Shown: positions 37,173-50,961, counted from the whole stretch's first letter. The stretch: DNA of 53,194 bases, filler included, from Squatina squatina (GCA_031763465.1; 2 parts of 2 records of this genome joined end to end with filler, not necessarily neighbours in it), one strand, 5' to 3'. Notes: generated by a model not told the origin, from the letters alone. Translations and numbers: made by a program.

Positions 37173-40005
37173 CTGTTGGTTCAAAAGAAAAAACAAATAA
37201 AATAAAATGTTTGTATTATCTCCAACTTCTGTTTGCCCAGCTGGTATTAAGATCCCAATGAAGAGTTGAATTATTAATAATAACCAATATTTACAGAAAT
37301 ATGAAACTTCACTGTGCTGAAGGTTGGGTGAATTAATGGCAAACGTCTCCTAGGTGGAACTAGAAATTCTTTTATGAACAGCACGAGCAACAGAAAATCA
37401 TGAAAACCATTTCACTGTTTCTATGCTTTATTTTTTGATGAACTGTCATTCCAGTGTACACACCCCAATAGATTTATGGAAGGTGAACAGCAACACAAGG
37501 TTGTCCGATTACTCAATGCATCAACTCCTTGAAATTTTCCAACTTAAAAAATAACAACAAGAAAAAAAGTCTAAGTTTGAGAGGGAAGGCAAGGGGAAAT
37601 GTCACTATTGTCTCCAAAAATGTCACTGTTCGACCATAAGAAATAGGAACAGGAGTAATTCGGCCCCTCAAGCCTGCCCCNNNNNNNNNNNNNNNNNNNN
37701 NNNNNNNNNNNNNNNNNNNNNNNNNNNNNNNNNNNNNNNNNNNNNNNNNNNNNNNNNNNNNNNNNNNNNNNNNNNNNNNNATATGTTATATATGTATAGA
37801 TTGATATAAGCAATATGATTCCTGGTATTAACACAGATGATTAATTATATTTATGAAAGAGAAGCACAGGTAGATTTATGGAGTATTTCACACAACATTC
37901 TGCATTTGCCAGGTTTTAAAAAAGTCAGTGTACAAAATCATTATCTAAAATAAAGAAATTCAAGGAATCTTTCCAACAAATGACAGCACATCCTCAGGAA
38001 ACAGTTATTTCTTCCTGGTCTTGGTGGACTGTGCAGTGATTTACCGCATCTCTACTTCTGTTCCTTTTGATTTGCTTCTCTGGCTTTTATGCTTTTTCCT
38101 AATAAAAAGAAGGAATGTTTAATGAGTCATATACATAGAATAATAGACACTCGTCACTGACAGTTACACTTCAAATGAGCAGTTGTGATGCTGTCTATGA
38201 GTTTAAACACTAAGGGGTTGAAATTCCTCTGAATGCTAATTTTAATGATTAACATGTTCATATCAAATTACTGTCTACACTATTTGGTCAAAGTCATTAA
38301 CCAGCTCATTTCAAATGCATTAAAATGGCGCACGCAGGTACTTGACAAAAATATGTTAAACAGTTCAGTAAAAAGGAATATTTGCACCATTAAACTCACT
38401 TCCAGACATTTAAGGTGCATTTGCACTGCAGCTACCAGTTCAGTTTCTAACCAGACAGACCCCTGTTTATATTATCTCGCTCCTGCCTGACTGTAACTTT
38501 AAGTGTCATGTTTAGGAATGAGCTCTGTGTCTGCTTGGATATAGGCAAGTGAAGAGCTGTCTCCCAAAAGTTATAAATTTAATATACTTTGCAGTGAAGT
38601 TGAAATTGTCCCCAGGTCCGGGTCTTCAGGTCTGGTCAAATTTGCATCCCCTGCTGGACCTCTTACACCCACTTTCCCACCCCCCCCTCCCCNNNNNNNN
38701 NNNNNNNNNNNNNNNNNNNNNNNNNNNNNNNNNNNNNNNNNNNNNNNNNNNNNNNNNNNNNNNNNNNNNNNNNNNNNNNNNNNNNNNNNNNNTGGATTTT
38801 AATACGTTCAAGGGTTTGTTTCAATGCAAGTTGTTGTTGTTGTCGTCAGTTTTGTATTTAGAAAGTGATCAAAACAGGCCAATGGAAGTGTGAAACTGTC
38901 ATGGATACAGGAAGCAAACTTGTGCACTTGTGTTGCTGGGCTGCACGATGATAATCTACAACAACAGATGGTTGCAGTTTGCTGTGGGGATGGGTAGGTA
39001 AGGGTTGGTCGTGGCCTGCAGTGGATTTATAGAGCCAAGGGGACCCCGTCTGCTCCTTCTGACTACATAAAAAAAGAACATTTCGCGTAGTTTTGGGACC
39101 TTTTTTGGGACTGCCTCACAGCAATCTCTTTGACCTGGTTAGGCAGCTCAGAACCCGGAAACACTAGTCAGAGCAAGACTATGCAAACTGAATTGAGAAA
39201 TCCGGGTCTGAAATGGGTGCAGGAGCCTCATTTCAACATTGAAGTGAGGCCTGCGCTTATTTTAGGCAGGCACTGGGGCCGCCTAAAAAACAAGCCGTGA
39301 TCAATTTAGCAATGGCTCCAATGCCTGTGCAATTGGGGTGTGGGCCTGTGACCTCCTAAATCGGTCATTGTTGTGTCTGTTTTATGCCCATAGAGAAGGC
39401 CCATAGTTTTGAATACAGTCACTATTCATATTGCTTTTGAGATGGAATTTTTTAAACTAAACAAACAGTCCAGTATCCTTTGCCTGTAATGTCATCAAAT
39501 ACTTTCCTTTGACTCGGTCCATTTAGCCTGGCAATAAACAATACTCTGTGTGAAAGTTTGACTCAAACGTTTCGTTTTGTTAATTGTGTCCAGATGAAAC
39601 TATAATCTTGATGTCAGCAGTTTGTGACAATGCTCCGATTGATGGAACTTGTTGTTAACGTGTCGCAATTTTCTTCCTTCTGTAGTCAGTAAATGATTAG
39701 CTAGCCTGTTATTTATAAATCTGTGAGGAACCGTTTCAGTCATCTGGACTGTACAAATAGATTCCAGTCCAATTACATCTTTATCAGCCATGTAAATAAC
39801 TTAATGAGTTCAGAGAAAGTCTTAAAACTTAAAAGAAATAAAAAGAAGCACATCAAGTCTTGCCACTGACATCACACTATGGGCTTTTTCTGTAAGATGT
39901 CAGTACCTGACGTGTATTATCTATTTACTCATTATAGAGCAAAATAAAATTCTCAGTGACTTGTCTGCCAGAGTTCTAAACAGTCTCAATGTCTCTGTGT
40001 TGCAG

Positions 40006-40072
40006 GTTGGACCACAAGATAATAAAAACTATGATCATATTTTTGATAAACTTCAAGACATTGCTGAAGAAG
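40006..40072 (+). CDS. CA9: Membrane-type alpha-carbonic anhydrase exon, CA9-like (not in ORF track)
   Basis: tgtgttgcag|VGPQDNKNYDHIFDKLQDIAEE(G)|gtaatt, 67 nt. Aligns with recalled CA9 [23 protein letters not shown], in the 67-nt exon shared by CA9/12/14. Confidence 0.7.
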
Positions 40073-41929
40073 GTAATTGATTGCTTACACGATAGACCAA
40101 TCTTATGTAAAATCAAAAATATTTAACTTTTTGTATTGAGAAATGCAAGTTCTACNNNNNNNNNNNNNNNNNNNNNNNNNNNNNNNNNNNNNNNNNNNNN
40201 NNNNNNNNNNNNNNNNNNNNNNNNNNNNNNNNNNNNNNNNNNNNNNNNNNNNNNNAGCTAAAAATGATAGTCATTGATTATTTATAGTAGTAATAAAGGG
40301 AAATAAAATGATACATTTAATTTTTGTTCCCATATTCAGGCATTATATTATTTCCCGCCATTTTTCCTAAATCATTAAGATACAAATACAGTTTAAGGTG
40401 TGAATGAGAAAATGACCCGTGATTCTTATCCTTTTACAAACCTGTGACTCAGAATCTATCATTTTTATAATGCTTGTACGATCTTGAAAAAAACTGGGTG
40501 TGTTGCATGATTTATATACTGTGGCAGCAGAATGAGTAAACTGTACTCTGTATCCCATCTTAAATTGTGCTTGCGTAGAAAAAAGGATCAGAAAATATAA
40601 ACATTTCACAATTCTTGGGTTAGGCTCCTAATTATGAAAGGAGACGGTGACACTCCATGGATTTACTATCACTCATCAGGATCTACTCGCACAGCACTTG
40701 TCAGGTTTTAGTGGGATTTCTCTTTCATCTTGCAAAATCCCCTGCATTTACAGGAAACTTCTGTTTGCTTCACTTTATAGCACATCAGTGTTTTCCCTCC
40801 GTATTCTGCTTTCTGAAGTCATAAAACAGAATTATACTTACTTTTCTTGACCCTCCATGGCACCGAGCTTCCCTGGCAAGTCTGGCACCAGGTGTTGACC
40901 TCACAATGTATGGTTAAATTCAGAGTCAGGATCCAATTGACACCAGACGTTTGAAACTCAATGAGGCCCGCAATGCTTGGGGAAAGGACCTTGCTGGCTG
41001 GCCAAAATACTCCTGCTAAAATGACATATGATGCCAGGTTGGCACGGACCCGGTAATTTGCATGCTGCCACCATTTTAACACTATGTTTCCCCAGGCTCG
41101 GGGAGTTAAAATTGGGCTTTATGCTTTTGATTTTTACACTAGATATTCTACTTGACTTACGTATCAAGGACAATGCACGCAAATGGACCTGGAATCTCCT
41201 ATGAATCAGAGTGTGCCTTTACCTGCCTCACGTCAAGGTACCCGATGGTTGAAGATCTTCTGCCACTGTACTCTGGCCTTGGGCATCATTAGCACATTGG
41301 CAGCAGGCTCCCTGGCCTCTGCTGAGGAATTGAGCCAGATTGGGGGTGGAGTTTTGTTGCAGAAGACCTCACTAATAAGTGCACATAAATTTCACCTCCA
41401 TTAACATGAACCTGCCTTTACCTGTAACAGTAGTGTGCATAGTACCCAACTGCTGACAAATATTGGGCTAACTGCGATGTTGACTATAGTGTGTTGGGTT
41501 CATAATGCATAAAGGATACTAGTTGCAATTACACAATTTCTAAACTGCAGAATGGCAGGAGGGACCTCCTTGGTCACAGTTCTATCCAAGATTTGGTCCT
41601 TGATCAGGAGGAGGTGCTGAGCAAAGGGAGAGTGCAAAACACAGAAAGCTAACGCACAAGTGCAGCAGGTAATAAGGAAGGCTAATGGAATGTTGGCCTT
41701 TATTTCAAGGGGGTTGGAGTATAAAGGTAAGNNNNNNNNNNNNNNNNNNNNNNNNNNNNNNNNNNNNNNNNNNNNNNNNNNNNNNNNNNNNNNNNNNNNN
41801 NNNNNNNNNNNNNNNNNNNNNNNNNNNNNNNTGGGAATGGGAGAGGTACACTGCCTACCACAAACCATCCTACTTCTGTGTGGCAGGGGAGAGGGGAGGA
41901 GTCTTTACCTTACGCTTCATGGCCGAGTA

Positions 41930-42230
41930 AGCACTTTTTAAAAGTAACATACGGAAACATGGCAACCCATTTGCACACAGGAATGTCCCACAGACAACAA
42001 TGAGATAATCTGTGTGTTGAGGGATAAACGTTGGCCAGGTTACTGGGAGAGTTCCCTGCTCTTCATAGAGTGGAATGTGATCTACATCCATCTGAGAGGG
42101 CAGACAGCACCTCAGTTTAATGTTTTCTTCAGTACTGCACTGAAGTGTCAGTCTAGATTATGTGCTCCAGCGTGGGGATTGAACTCATAACCATCTAGGC
42201 TCAGAGGCAGGAGTGTTGCCACTGAGCTAA
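41930..42230 (-). mobile_element. DeuSINE copy with tRNA-like head
   Basis: Reverse complement of the Deu domain plus a gttcaatcccc B-box-like head near 42175-42185. Confidence 0.6.
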
Positions 42231-43063
42231 CTCACAAGCTTGATACTTACTCTGATAAGTAAAACTGTGGGACCAAATAGCATTTTGTGTTTATCATTAA
42301 TCCTTTTACAATGCGGTGCAATCTGTGGGATGAATAACCCAAAAAATGAATCTGGCTCATACAGCCCAATCACAAAATCTAAACTGCTCTGGTTCCAGCA
42401 ATATCTGGGTGAGAACCACAGAGCTCAATTGCCTGCTCTCGATGGTTCGGATTCCTCGAGGCAGCAAGTGACTGCTAGGATAATAATCCAGCTGAAGAAT
42501 GCTCAAAACATAGTGTTCCATAACCAGACTTTATTATTTGAATGCGCTGATAAACATGACTCATGATAATGTCAAAAAATGACTTTAAAGGTGAAACTGT
42601 AATAAAATCCTGGTACATGAACTGGTCCAGGTCCACAATACACCTTATACATTTAACCTGGTATACCGAGCACTGCATCAACAAGTTTTATAGAGAGTAC
42701 CATTTCCAGGTTGCATAAGAATTACATTTCTAATTTATAAAAAGCATAGCGCATCAATTACCGCAAAACCTAAAATTTCCCATCCCCAATCATGGCACAA
42801 TGCTTTGTAATTGCAAACTTTTCTGTTCAGTAAAAAAGTTCTCTTGCACACACCCACACACACAAGTGCGCAGGCAGTCCCACAAGAGTCAAATAGAAGG
42901 ACAATGGACTCCTGTCTTCTGTTTAGAATCGTTCCATGTAAATATCTGTGGTATTGCTTCATCTGTGATCGAGGCTGCTGTTTGTATTCCAGCAGTTTCT
43001 GGCAAGAGCTCATCCTGGAACAGTTGTATGTGTTTCTATCAGGAGCCAGCCTGTGTAGCAATA

Positions 43064-43080
43064 CTATTTGTTTTCTTTAC
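43064..43080 (-). CDS. Putative terminal coding exon of the APH1-like gene
   Basis: Strong acceptor cctctcttttgcttcag, then (C)KENK* in phase 1, analogous to the (C)KD* last exon of APH1aS. Confidence 0.5.
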
Positions 43081-43322
43081 CTGAAGCAAAAGAGAGGAAA
43101 AACTGTTAGCATGTTCTTAACCACAAGAGTGTCAGCTTGCCCAGTAGTGGCACAATCTGAGTCAGATGATTGTTGTTTCCAATCCCACACCAGGAGTTTG
43201 AGCTCACCATCTTAGCAGACTCNNNNNNNNNNNNNNNNNNNNNNNNNNNNNNNNNNNNNNNNNNNNNNNNNNNNNNNNNNNNNNNNNNNNNNNNNNNNNN
43301 NNNNNNNNNNNNNNNNNNNNNN

Positions 43323-43850
43323 AGAAGTGGGATCGCAAGGAGGAGCAGCAGTTTAAAAAGGAGCGGAAGATCCAGGAAGAGTGACAGTTTCAAAAGGAAC
43401 GGAAGCCGAGGAACGACTGTGTAAAAAGGAACGGGAGCTCCAGGAGGAGCGACTGTAATAAGGAGCTGGAGCCCGAGGAGGAGGAACTGTTTAAAAAGGA
43501 GCGGGAGCCCGAGGAGGCGCGACTGTTTAAAAAGTAGCGGGAACCCGAGGAGGAGGGACAGTTTAAAAGGAGCCAAACTCCAGAATGAGTGACAGTTTAA
43601 AAAGGAGCGGGAGCCCGAGAAGGAGCGGCTGTTTAAAAAGTAGCGGGAGCCCCAGGAGGTGTGGCTGTTTATAAAGAAGTGCGAGCTCCAGGAGGAACGA
43701 CAGTTTCAAAAGGAACCGGAGCCCGAAGAAGAGTGGCTGTTTAAAAAGAAGTGGGAGCCCGAAGAAGAGTGGCTGTTTAAAAAGGAGCTGGAGCCAGAGG
43801 AGGAGCGACAGTTTAAAAAGGAGCTGGAGCCAGAGGTACAGAAACAGCCA
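43323..43850. repeat. 36-bp minisatellite, about 14 units
   Basis: Consensus GAGCCCGAGGAGGAGCGACTGTTTAAAAAGGAGCGG. Confidence 0.9.
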
Positions 43851-44767
43851 TGAGACAAGGTATGTTAGAGGCACACAGGACGAGAGATGGAAAGAGCAGA
43901 AGAGAAAAAGAGCGGAAGACAGAGTTAGAGATTGGGAAGTGAGCTGATAGACAATTACAGGAAGGGAACATCTTTTTTTCTGCTTTTGTCTGCAAGCTGA
44001 GCCACAGCAGAACAATTAGTTTCTGGATGAAGGTTGGTAAATGGAACTATATTTCAAGCTTCGACTGAGCAAAGATGCAAACTGAAGTGATATTGTATGC
44101 AATGGTAACATTGAGTAATGTTTCACAAAATGCTCCAAGCGAATAGTATGCCTGCATTCTTAGTTACATGTCAATGTCGGAATCATAAATAAATTACCTG
44201 CACAACTCTTGCCATCCCGAGCTAACAGGAAACCGGACTGACAGCTGCACTGGTAAGACCCAAAGGTATTGATGCAGGTTTGCTGGCAATGGTTCAGTCC
44301 AACGATGCATTCATTAATATCTTTAAAAAACAAGAGACCCCAGGTTCATGTAGGAGAAATGCCCTAAGAATTGTCTCAAACGTGTCCTCAAAATGTAGTC
44401 AGTTGTCAGACTGAATGCTGGGATAGGAAAGGACTAATGGTAATTAAACAATGAAGGCTTATACAAAGAAAATATTTCTTATCATGGCTAGAAGTCAAGC
44501 CTTCAATACTACAGACCCAGAGACGGCAGTCTACAATTACATCTAATTGCACTTAATGGACCCTCTAGTTTGAGGTTTGTGGAAATAGAGCCAATTACAA
44601 AGTATATTTTACTTTATGTTTAACTGGGAGTTTTATTAGAACTTTCTAATAGTGAGTTAATTAAGTAATTTATTCTGTTGAAAATTCAATATTCAATACA
44701 AATTTGAATGTAGCAGGCGATAGGTTTTAAAAAAACACAGGGTGACTGAAATACTAAAGAGTATTAC

Positions 44768-44890
44768 CTGATGTGAGGAAGTAGTACTGAGAATCATGAA
44801 AGATTCCCACAGTTCCTGGTCCCACAGAGCCTGCAAGTATGTTGACAACAGAGAAAGCTCCACTCATTATTCCAAATCCAAGTCCCGCCA
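44768..44890 (-). CDS. APH1: Gamma-secretase subunit APH1-like exon (TM4, 123 nt)
   Basis: ttttcag|VAGLGFGIMSGAFSVVNILAGSVGPGTVGIFHDSQYYFLTS|gtaat. GxxxGxxxG motif intact. Confidence 0.92.
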
Positions 44891-45049
44891 CTGAAAATAT
44901 AAAAGTACAATTTAATTTACAACCTAAAATACATGGTGAGAAACAAACTGCCATGGATAAGGTACTATTCAGATTCACTTCAAAACGAAATGTGCATCTC
45001 AGTGCTCATTACAGCATAACTGTCCTTGTACTGGCTACTATCTCTGAAG

Positions 45050-45290
45050 AGACATGGGGAGTTCTACCCGGTGTCCTGGCTGTAGTTATCCCTCAACCAA
45101 TATCACTAAAACAGATTATCTGGCCGTTAACACAATGATGTTTGTGGGATCTTGCTGTGCGCAAATTGGCCGCCGTATTTCCTACATTACAATAGTGACT
45201 ACAACACTTCAAAAGTACTTAATTGGCTGTAAATTGCTTTGGGGCGTCTTGAGGTCATGAAAGGCACCATATAAATGCAAGTTCTTCTTC
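45050..45290 (+). mobile_element. DeuSINE copy
   Basis: tttatccctcaaccaa-like segment, then gtttgtgggatcttgctgtgcgcaaattggc...ataaatgcaagtt tail. Confidence 0.7.
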
Positions 45291-46744
45291 GGCTATTAGT
45301 CGAGTTTAGGAGAAAATCATCCAGAGATTTCATTCATGCTGGAACTGTAGACATCAGGCTCAGCTGTGATGCCCCAGGATCAAATAGTCTGTCAACATGA
45401 AGAACGGCCACTTGGATGAACTAGTAGATAATTATGGGGAAGTTACTGGAATCAATCATCAGAGTGCCAGCTGATCAAGAGATTTGTGAACAGAAGGTGA
45501 CCAAACTCATTATTTTTTTCATATTGCGATGGATATAGTCAGACTCGAGTCCTAGAAATTGTGGGCGAGATCTGAATTTCTCAACAATGAGTGTCATTAG
45601 CCCTGTGATGCCTCAGCTGCAGTGTTACTGTAGATATAGTGTCTAACCTTTGGGGCATGTTATGATAGATTTGCTGGCTTGTTGTTTAGTCTTCCAGATG
45701 AATGAAGGATACATGAAGGTCAGTGGCTAAGATCAGAGACGGATTGAGGGCAAAATGAGTTGAGGAGAGCCAATAAAGTGGATTTGACTTTTTTGTCAAA
45801 CAGTAATGAAAAAGTAAAATACTTGCATTGAACCCGCAAAAATGAGTAGAGAAGAAAGCTAAATAAAAATGGAGTTAATTTTTGTGCAGCACATCATTTA
45901 GACTGAATACATAAATCTTCAGGCAGATATTCACAAAAGCTTAAAAAACATATATTTCAATCAAAAGGCCAGCTAGCACAATAGATTAGAACAGAGTGGA
46001 TCTGAATCTAACCCAGGTTGATAGGATGCATGTCAACTCTCTGCACTGGTTATAATTGATTTAAATAAAATGAATTTGACAGCCCTAACCCAATTCCCAG
46101 TCAATGTGCCACAATACAACAATAATTGGCACTAAATTACCAATCCCATAAGCATGTCTTGGCGAAGCCTTCTGAGACTGGGTTAAAATATATCATTGGA
46201 GCAGAATAAGCTTTATTTTTCGCTATGGTCTGATTGACATCTGATGCTGTCACGAGACACCAAACGATGAACTGTCCCATTCCGTTGATGTGGAGATGAA
46301 ATTCACCTAGAAATTAAAAGAAACAGTAAATCAGCGATACTAAAACTTACACCAAACTTGGAAAGTTTGCTGTCATACCACAATGATTCAAAAGTGAATC
46401 TACATTGTCTGCATTCGACATTGTCTCAAATGTGTGCATCAAGTCCATCATTTCCAAATCTGCAGATGACACGGTACTTGGAAATGTAATAAACAATGAA
46501 GACTGNNNNNNNNNNNNNNNNNNNNNNNNNNNNNNNNNNNNNNNNNNNNNNNNNNNNNNNNNNNNNNNNNNNNNNNNNNNNNNNNNNNNNNNNNNNNNNN
46601 NNNNNTGGATGTTTGCACTGTTATTTCAGGCCCACCTCCATGACAATTTCAACTGTGAAGGACATCTGTATTACAAGCAGCTCATCACCAGTGGCCTCAC
46701 AGTCCATGCCTAACTTGAGACCCTTTGTTTAAGTATTAGTGTTG

Positions 46745-46950
46745 ACTTATCTTTATACTTCCACACAAGTCATTGAACGACTTCCTAACATTGTCCATCC
46801 TGTTGGCAACTTCGTGCCAGTTGCAATGCCACCTGGCCTTGATGGTGATAGCTTCCACACAACCAATGAATGCCTTCTCCTCTGCAGGACCACATCTACG
46901 GGTTTGGGCAGACACCTGCCCCTGAAGCAAGTTTTTCTCGTGCACAGCTG
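46745..46950 (-). mobile_element. Degenerate Myb/SANT-like ORF, possibly PIF/Harbinger-derived
   Basis: Frameshifted RK..F....L...VDVV..RR..L ... WHEVA.R....RKSFNDL pattern. Confidence 0.4.
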
Positions 46951-48654
46951 AGGCACAGCAGCCCTGGGAACTGTGCGCTCTGCAGCTGGCTTAACGGTGC
47001 CAGGTGTTGCACGTGTTGATTCAGTGTCTGCTCAGTTACGTCAGTAGTGTGAGACTGGCATTATCAGAGGTAAATTGGGATTTGCCATTGAGTATTGACA
47101 CCAAAGTGCTGTAAAAGTTCTCTGAGTAGAAAATATGAGTGATTTCACATAGAAGAACATTAATGATAATAAACCTGGAAAAGTAGGGAAAACATACTGC
47201 TTTAGTGTCTGTAGCAAACATTCAAAATCTATGCCAATGTATAATCTGTTATGTGAAATAAGTTGCACCTTGCTTTTTGAAAGACCATGGAGATACAAAA
47301 TCTGTCAATGATATTGGATAACAGTTAAATCCCTTATCACAGTTGGAGGTGGACAATGTCTAAACGTAAGGCTTACTTGACAGAACAAAGAAGCGTCGAG
47401 GCTGTGTACTGTGTTTCCAACTAAGAAGGTAGATACAGAGATCTGCCACGAACCTAAAAGCCAGATAACCAAAGTGAATCTGGTGAACCATAGCAGGCTA
47501 GTCACCTCTCTGATAATTTAATTGGACTATGGAAACTACAGATAAATCAATACAAGATTTTCAGGAGACACCATACAAAAGAGCTTAAAAAAAATCAACC
47601 CCACAACTCAAGATAATTTTATTCCAAAGTTTAATAAACCGTACAAATAAAGAGCTTACACAGGTAATTGCATAGGATAAAGTGGAATTCCAAGGACATT
47701 CATAGGGAGAAGANNNNNNNNNNNNNNNNNNNNNNNNNNNNNNNNNNNNNNNNNNNNNNNNNNNNNNNNNNNNNNNNNNNNNNNNNNNNNNNNNNNNNNN
47801 NNNNNNNNNNNNNNNNNNNNNNNNNNNNNNNNNNNNNNNNNNNNNNNNNNNNNNNNNNNNNNNNNNNNNNNNNNNNNNNNNNNNNNNNNNNNNNNNNNNN
47901 NNNNNNNNNNNNNNNNNNNNNNNNNNNNNNNNNNNNNNNNNNNNNNNNNNNNNNNNNNNNNNNNNNNNNNNNNNNNNNNNNNNNNNNNNNNNNNNNNNNN
48001 NNNNNNNNNNNNNNNNNNNNNNNNNNNNNNNNNNNNNNNNNNNNNNNNNNNNNNNNNNNNNNNNNNNNNNNNNNNNNNNNNNNNNNNNNNNNNNNNNNNN
48101 NNNNNNNNNNNNNNNNNNNNNNNNNNNNNNNNNNNNNNNNNNNNNNNNNNNNNNNNNNNNNNNNNNNNNNNNNNNNNNNNNNNNNNNNNNNNNNNNNNNN
48201 NNNNNNNNNNNNNNNNNNNNNNNNNNNNNNNNNNNNNNNNNNNNNNNNNNNNNNNNNNNNNNNNNNNNNNNNNNNNNNNNNNNNNNNNNNNNNNNNNNNN
48301 NNNNNATAGAGAATTGAAAGAAAAAGCTAATACACAGTTATAACAGCTATCATGTCTATGGCATAAATGTCAAAGTCTGCCCAGTCGCTGTAATGGAGAA
48401 GGCAGGGCAGTCAAAAAGGAAAAAAATTGTTCCCACACTGCAGTTAAAGTTAAGTTTTAAAAGAAAGATTTCCCCCTTGAAATTTATTGTTTTCAATACA
48501 AATGTTGAATGAGCCTATATTAATTTGTCGTTCTAAACCCCATGCTGTGTTTCACACTTTGGCTTGTGGTTTACAGTGTTTACACACAAGATGTTGTTGT
48601 ACCATGGGCACTTGTGGCATGTAAAGCTTTTCTTCTTTCCCCCAGTTAGTATCA

Positions 48655-48737
48655 TTATAAGCAACTCAGATCCACTAGAGTCTGCTCAAGCACCTGATGA
48701 ATGCCCACATTCTCTTCTTTAGCCTGGGCCAGTTTTT
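48655..48737 (-). CDS. TPM2: Tropomyosin terminal exon 9d (not in ORF track)
   Basis: ccaatag|(E)KLAQAKEENVGIHQVLEQTLVDLSCL*; AATAAA on the minus strand at 48483-48488. Tropomyosin identity is clear. TPM2 is assigned from CA9 synteny; the peptide itself also resembles TPM4 9d. Confidence 0.8.
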
Positions 48738-49139
48738 CTATTGGTTCATGAAAAAAGAAAAATGAGAATTGAAATTTAAATAAAAATTAACAGTCTTTGT
48801 TTAAATCAGAATATTAAAAGTTGCAAAATAGGAGATAGATTTAATTCTTTGGAAGAGCAAATAAAACTGAAGCAGGATATTAATCCAATGAGGGAATGGG
48901 CTGTGTGGATATGAAATTAGCTAAGAAGCAGAAAGCAAAGAATAGTGGTGAGCAACTGTTTTTCAGGTCCGAGGGGAGTTTACAGTGGTTCCCCCCAGGG
49001 ATCAGTATCAGGTCCACTGCACTTTGTGATAGAGATTATTAACCTGGACTTGGGCATATAAAAACAGCAACAACTTACAATTGTAAAGCACCTTTAACAA
49101 AGTAAATCATGTAAAGGCGCTTCACAGAAGCATTATCAA

Positions 49140-49600
49140 ACATATAAGAATGGAACCAGATGAGACTCGTCCGGGCGAGCTGAACTATGGAGGAGAGGTG
49201 TTGAAGGACAATAATGCGGTCAACCATGTCAAAGGCTGCAGACAGGTCAAGAAGGATGCTGAGGGATAGTTTACCACGGTCATAGTCACTTAGGATGTCA
49301 TTTATGATTTTAATAAGGGCTGTTTCCGTGCTTTGGCAAGGGCAGAAAACTGATTGGAGGGATTCAAACATGGAATTGCGGGAAAGATAGGCATGGATTT
49401 GGGAGGGATGATGATGGCAGATTTGAAGGGGAGGAGGAAAGGACCTGAGGAAAGGGAACCATTATCAATGCCAGCTAACATGGGGGCCAGGAAGGGAAGT
49501 TGGGTGGTCAGCAGTTTAGTGGGAATAAGGTCGAGAGAGCAAGACATAGGTCTCATGGACAAAGTGAGCTCAGAAAGGGCATGAAAGGAGAGCATCAATG
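49140..49600 (-). mobile_element. L2-clade LINE RT fragment
   Basis: MRPMSCSLDLIPTKLLTTQLPFLAPMLA, STETALIKIINDIL, LLDLSAAFDMVD; same family as 12210-13370. Confidence 0.85.
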
Positions 49601-50961
49601 CAACACCAGTTCAAAGACTGATCGATTAAAATCTATTGATTAAAATCACAAAGGTGTTCTGCTGTAAGCATCCTTTAAATAACTATAGACTAATTTTATA
49701 CTAATACCACCTTATTAAATCCCACAACTACACATTGGAGCTGGAATTCTGGTCAGAGCCTTCCCGTGGATGCAGGCCTCGGACCAGAAAGATCCTTACG
49801 AATTTACCTGGTGGTCCAAGAGGTTCGCAGCCTTCTATTCCTGGGCCTCCATGGGAGCATAGGTGGAGCGGTCCAGGCATCTCTCCAGCGCATGCGGTTC
49901 GCATACACTGGTGGGATCACGTGGGAGGCCCCAACCAATCAGGTAGGAGTATCTCCAATTCATACTTCTGCATATCTGTTATTTATGGAGATTTGTAGAA
50001 GTATGAACGGGAGATACTATAAACTGCACAATCACAAAAATACATTTTAAAAACTACTCAAACAGTAAAATTTAATAAAATTATATATAATCAGATAAGT
50101 AAAAAAAAATGTTTTGAACATTTAAAAAAAAATCTTTTAAAGTGTATAAAAATATATTTACCTTAATGGAGATGGTTTTTAACCAATGTTCCAGTAATTT
50201 AATTTACTCATATTTTTAAAAACTCATACGCTGGTAAAAGCAGGCCTGCACGCTTGCTTTAACCATGCGTAAGAAATTAAAGAGCTTTCTATGGACAAGA
50301 TAGCCCAAATTTCCACCCAGAAAAGCTCTTTTGCAGTCCAAGCGTATGATCTGTCAAGACAAATCTCGACAGATCGCAAGTTTCCAGATTTAGGGGCATG
50401 CGCAGTGCAGCCCTTGACCCGGAAGTTGCCCAGTCCCAACGGGTGCGTGCGAATATCCTATGCACCCGGAGGGACCGCAAATTCTGCCCAAATGTTCTTT
50501 TTATTATTCATCATGCTCTTTATTCACTGTTGTAAAGGACAAATACAATGGAGTCTGTCTGAAATGTTGACAATCTAGTTTGCAAGGAAATTTCAGTAGG
50601 CTTGTTTAGATCCACTTCTTTTACCTCATTCATTCTGTCAACATAGAAATGTAGAAAATAGGAGGAGTAGGCCATTTGGCCCTTCGAGCCTGCTCCGCCA
50701 TTCAATATGATCACGGCTGATCATCCAAATTCAGCACCCTGTCCCTGCTTTCTCCCCATATCCCTTGATCCCTTTAGCCATAATAACTATATCTAACTCC
50801 TTCTTGAATATATTTAATGATTTGGCCTCAACTGCCTTCTGTGGTAGANNNNNNNNNNNNNNNNNNNNNNNNNNNNNNNNNNNNNNNNNNNNNNNNNNNN
50901 NNNNNNNNNNNNNNNNNNNNNNNNNNNNNNNNNNNNNNNNNNNNNNNNAAGGTAAAGTAAG

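Noticed and set aside
41143-41404. Acceptor-like site and ORF MDLESPMNQSV... as a carbonic anhydrase exon
   Set aside because: No frame resembles CA catalytic or TM exons; cannot be assigned.
42240-43215. Cys-rich ORFs of 94-134 aa
   Set aside because: No domain signature; the region is better explained as the 3'UTR and last intron of the APH1-like gene.
47668-48309. 213-aa ORF
   Set aside because: Almost entirely N.
49735-50490. Possible MITE with GC-rich arms and an AT-rich core
   Set aside because: Terminal inverted repeats are too weak to confirm by eye.
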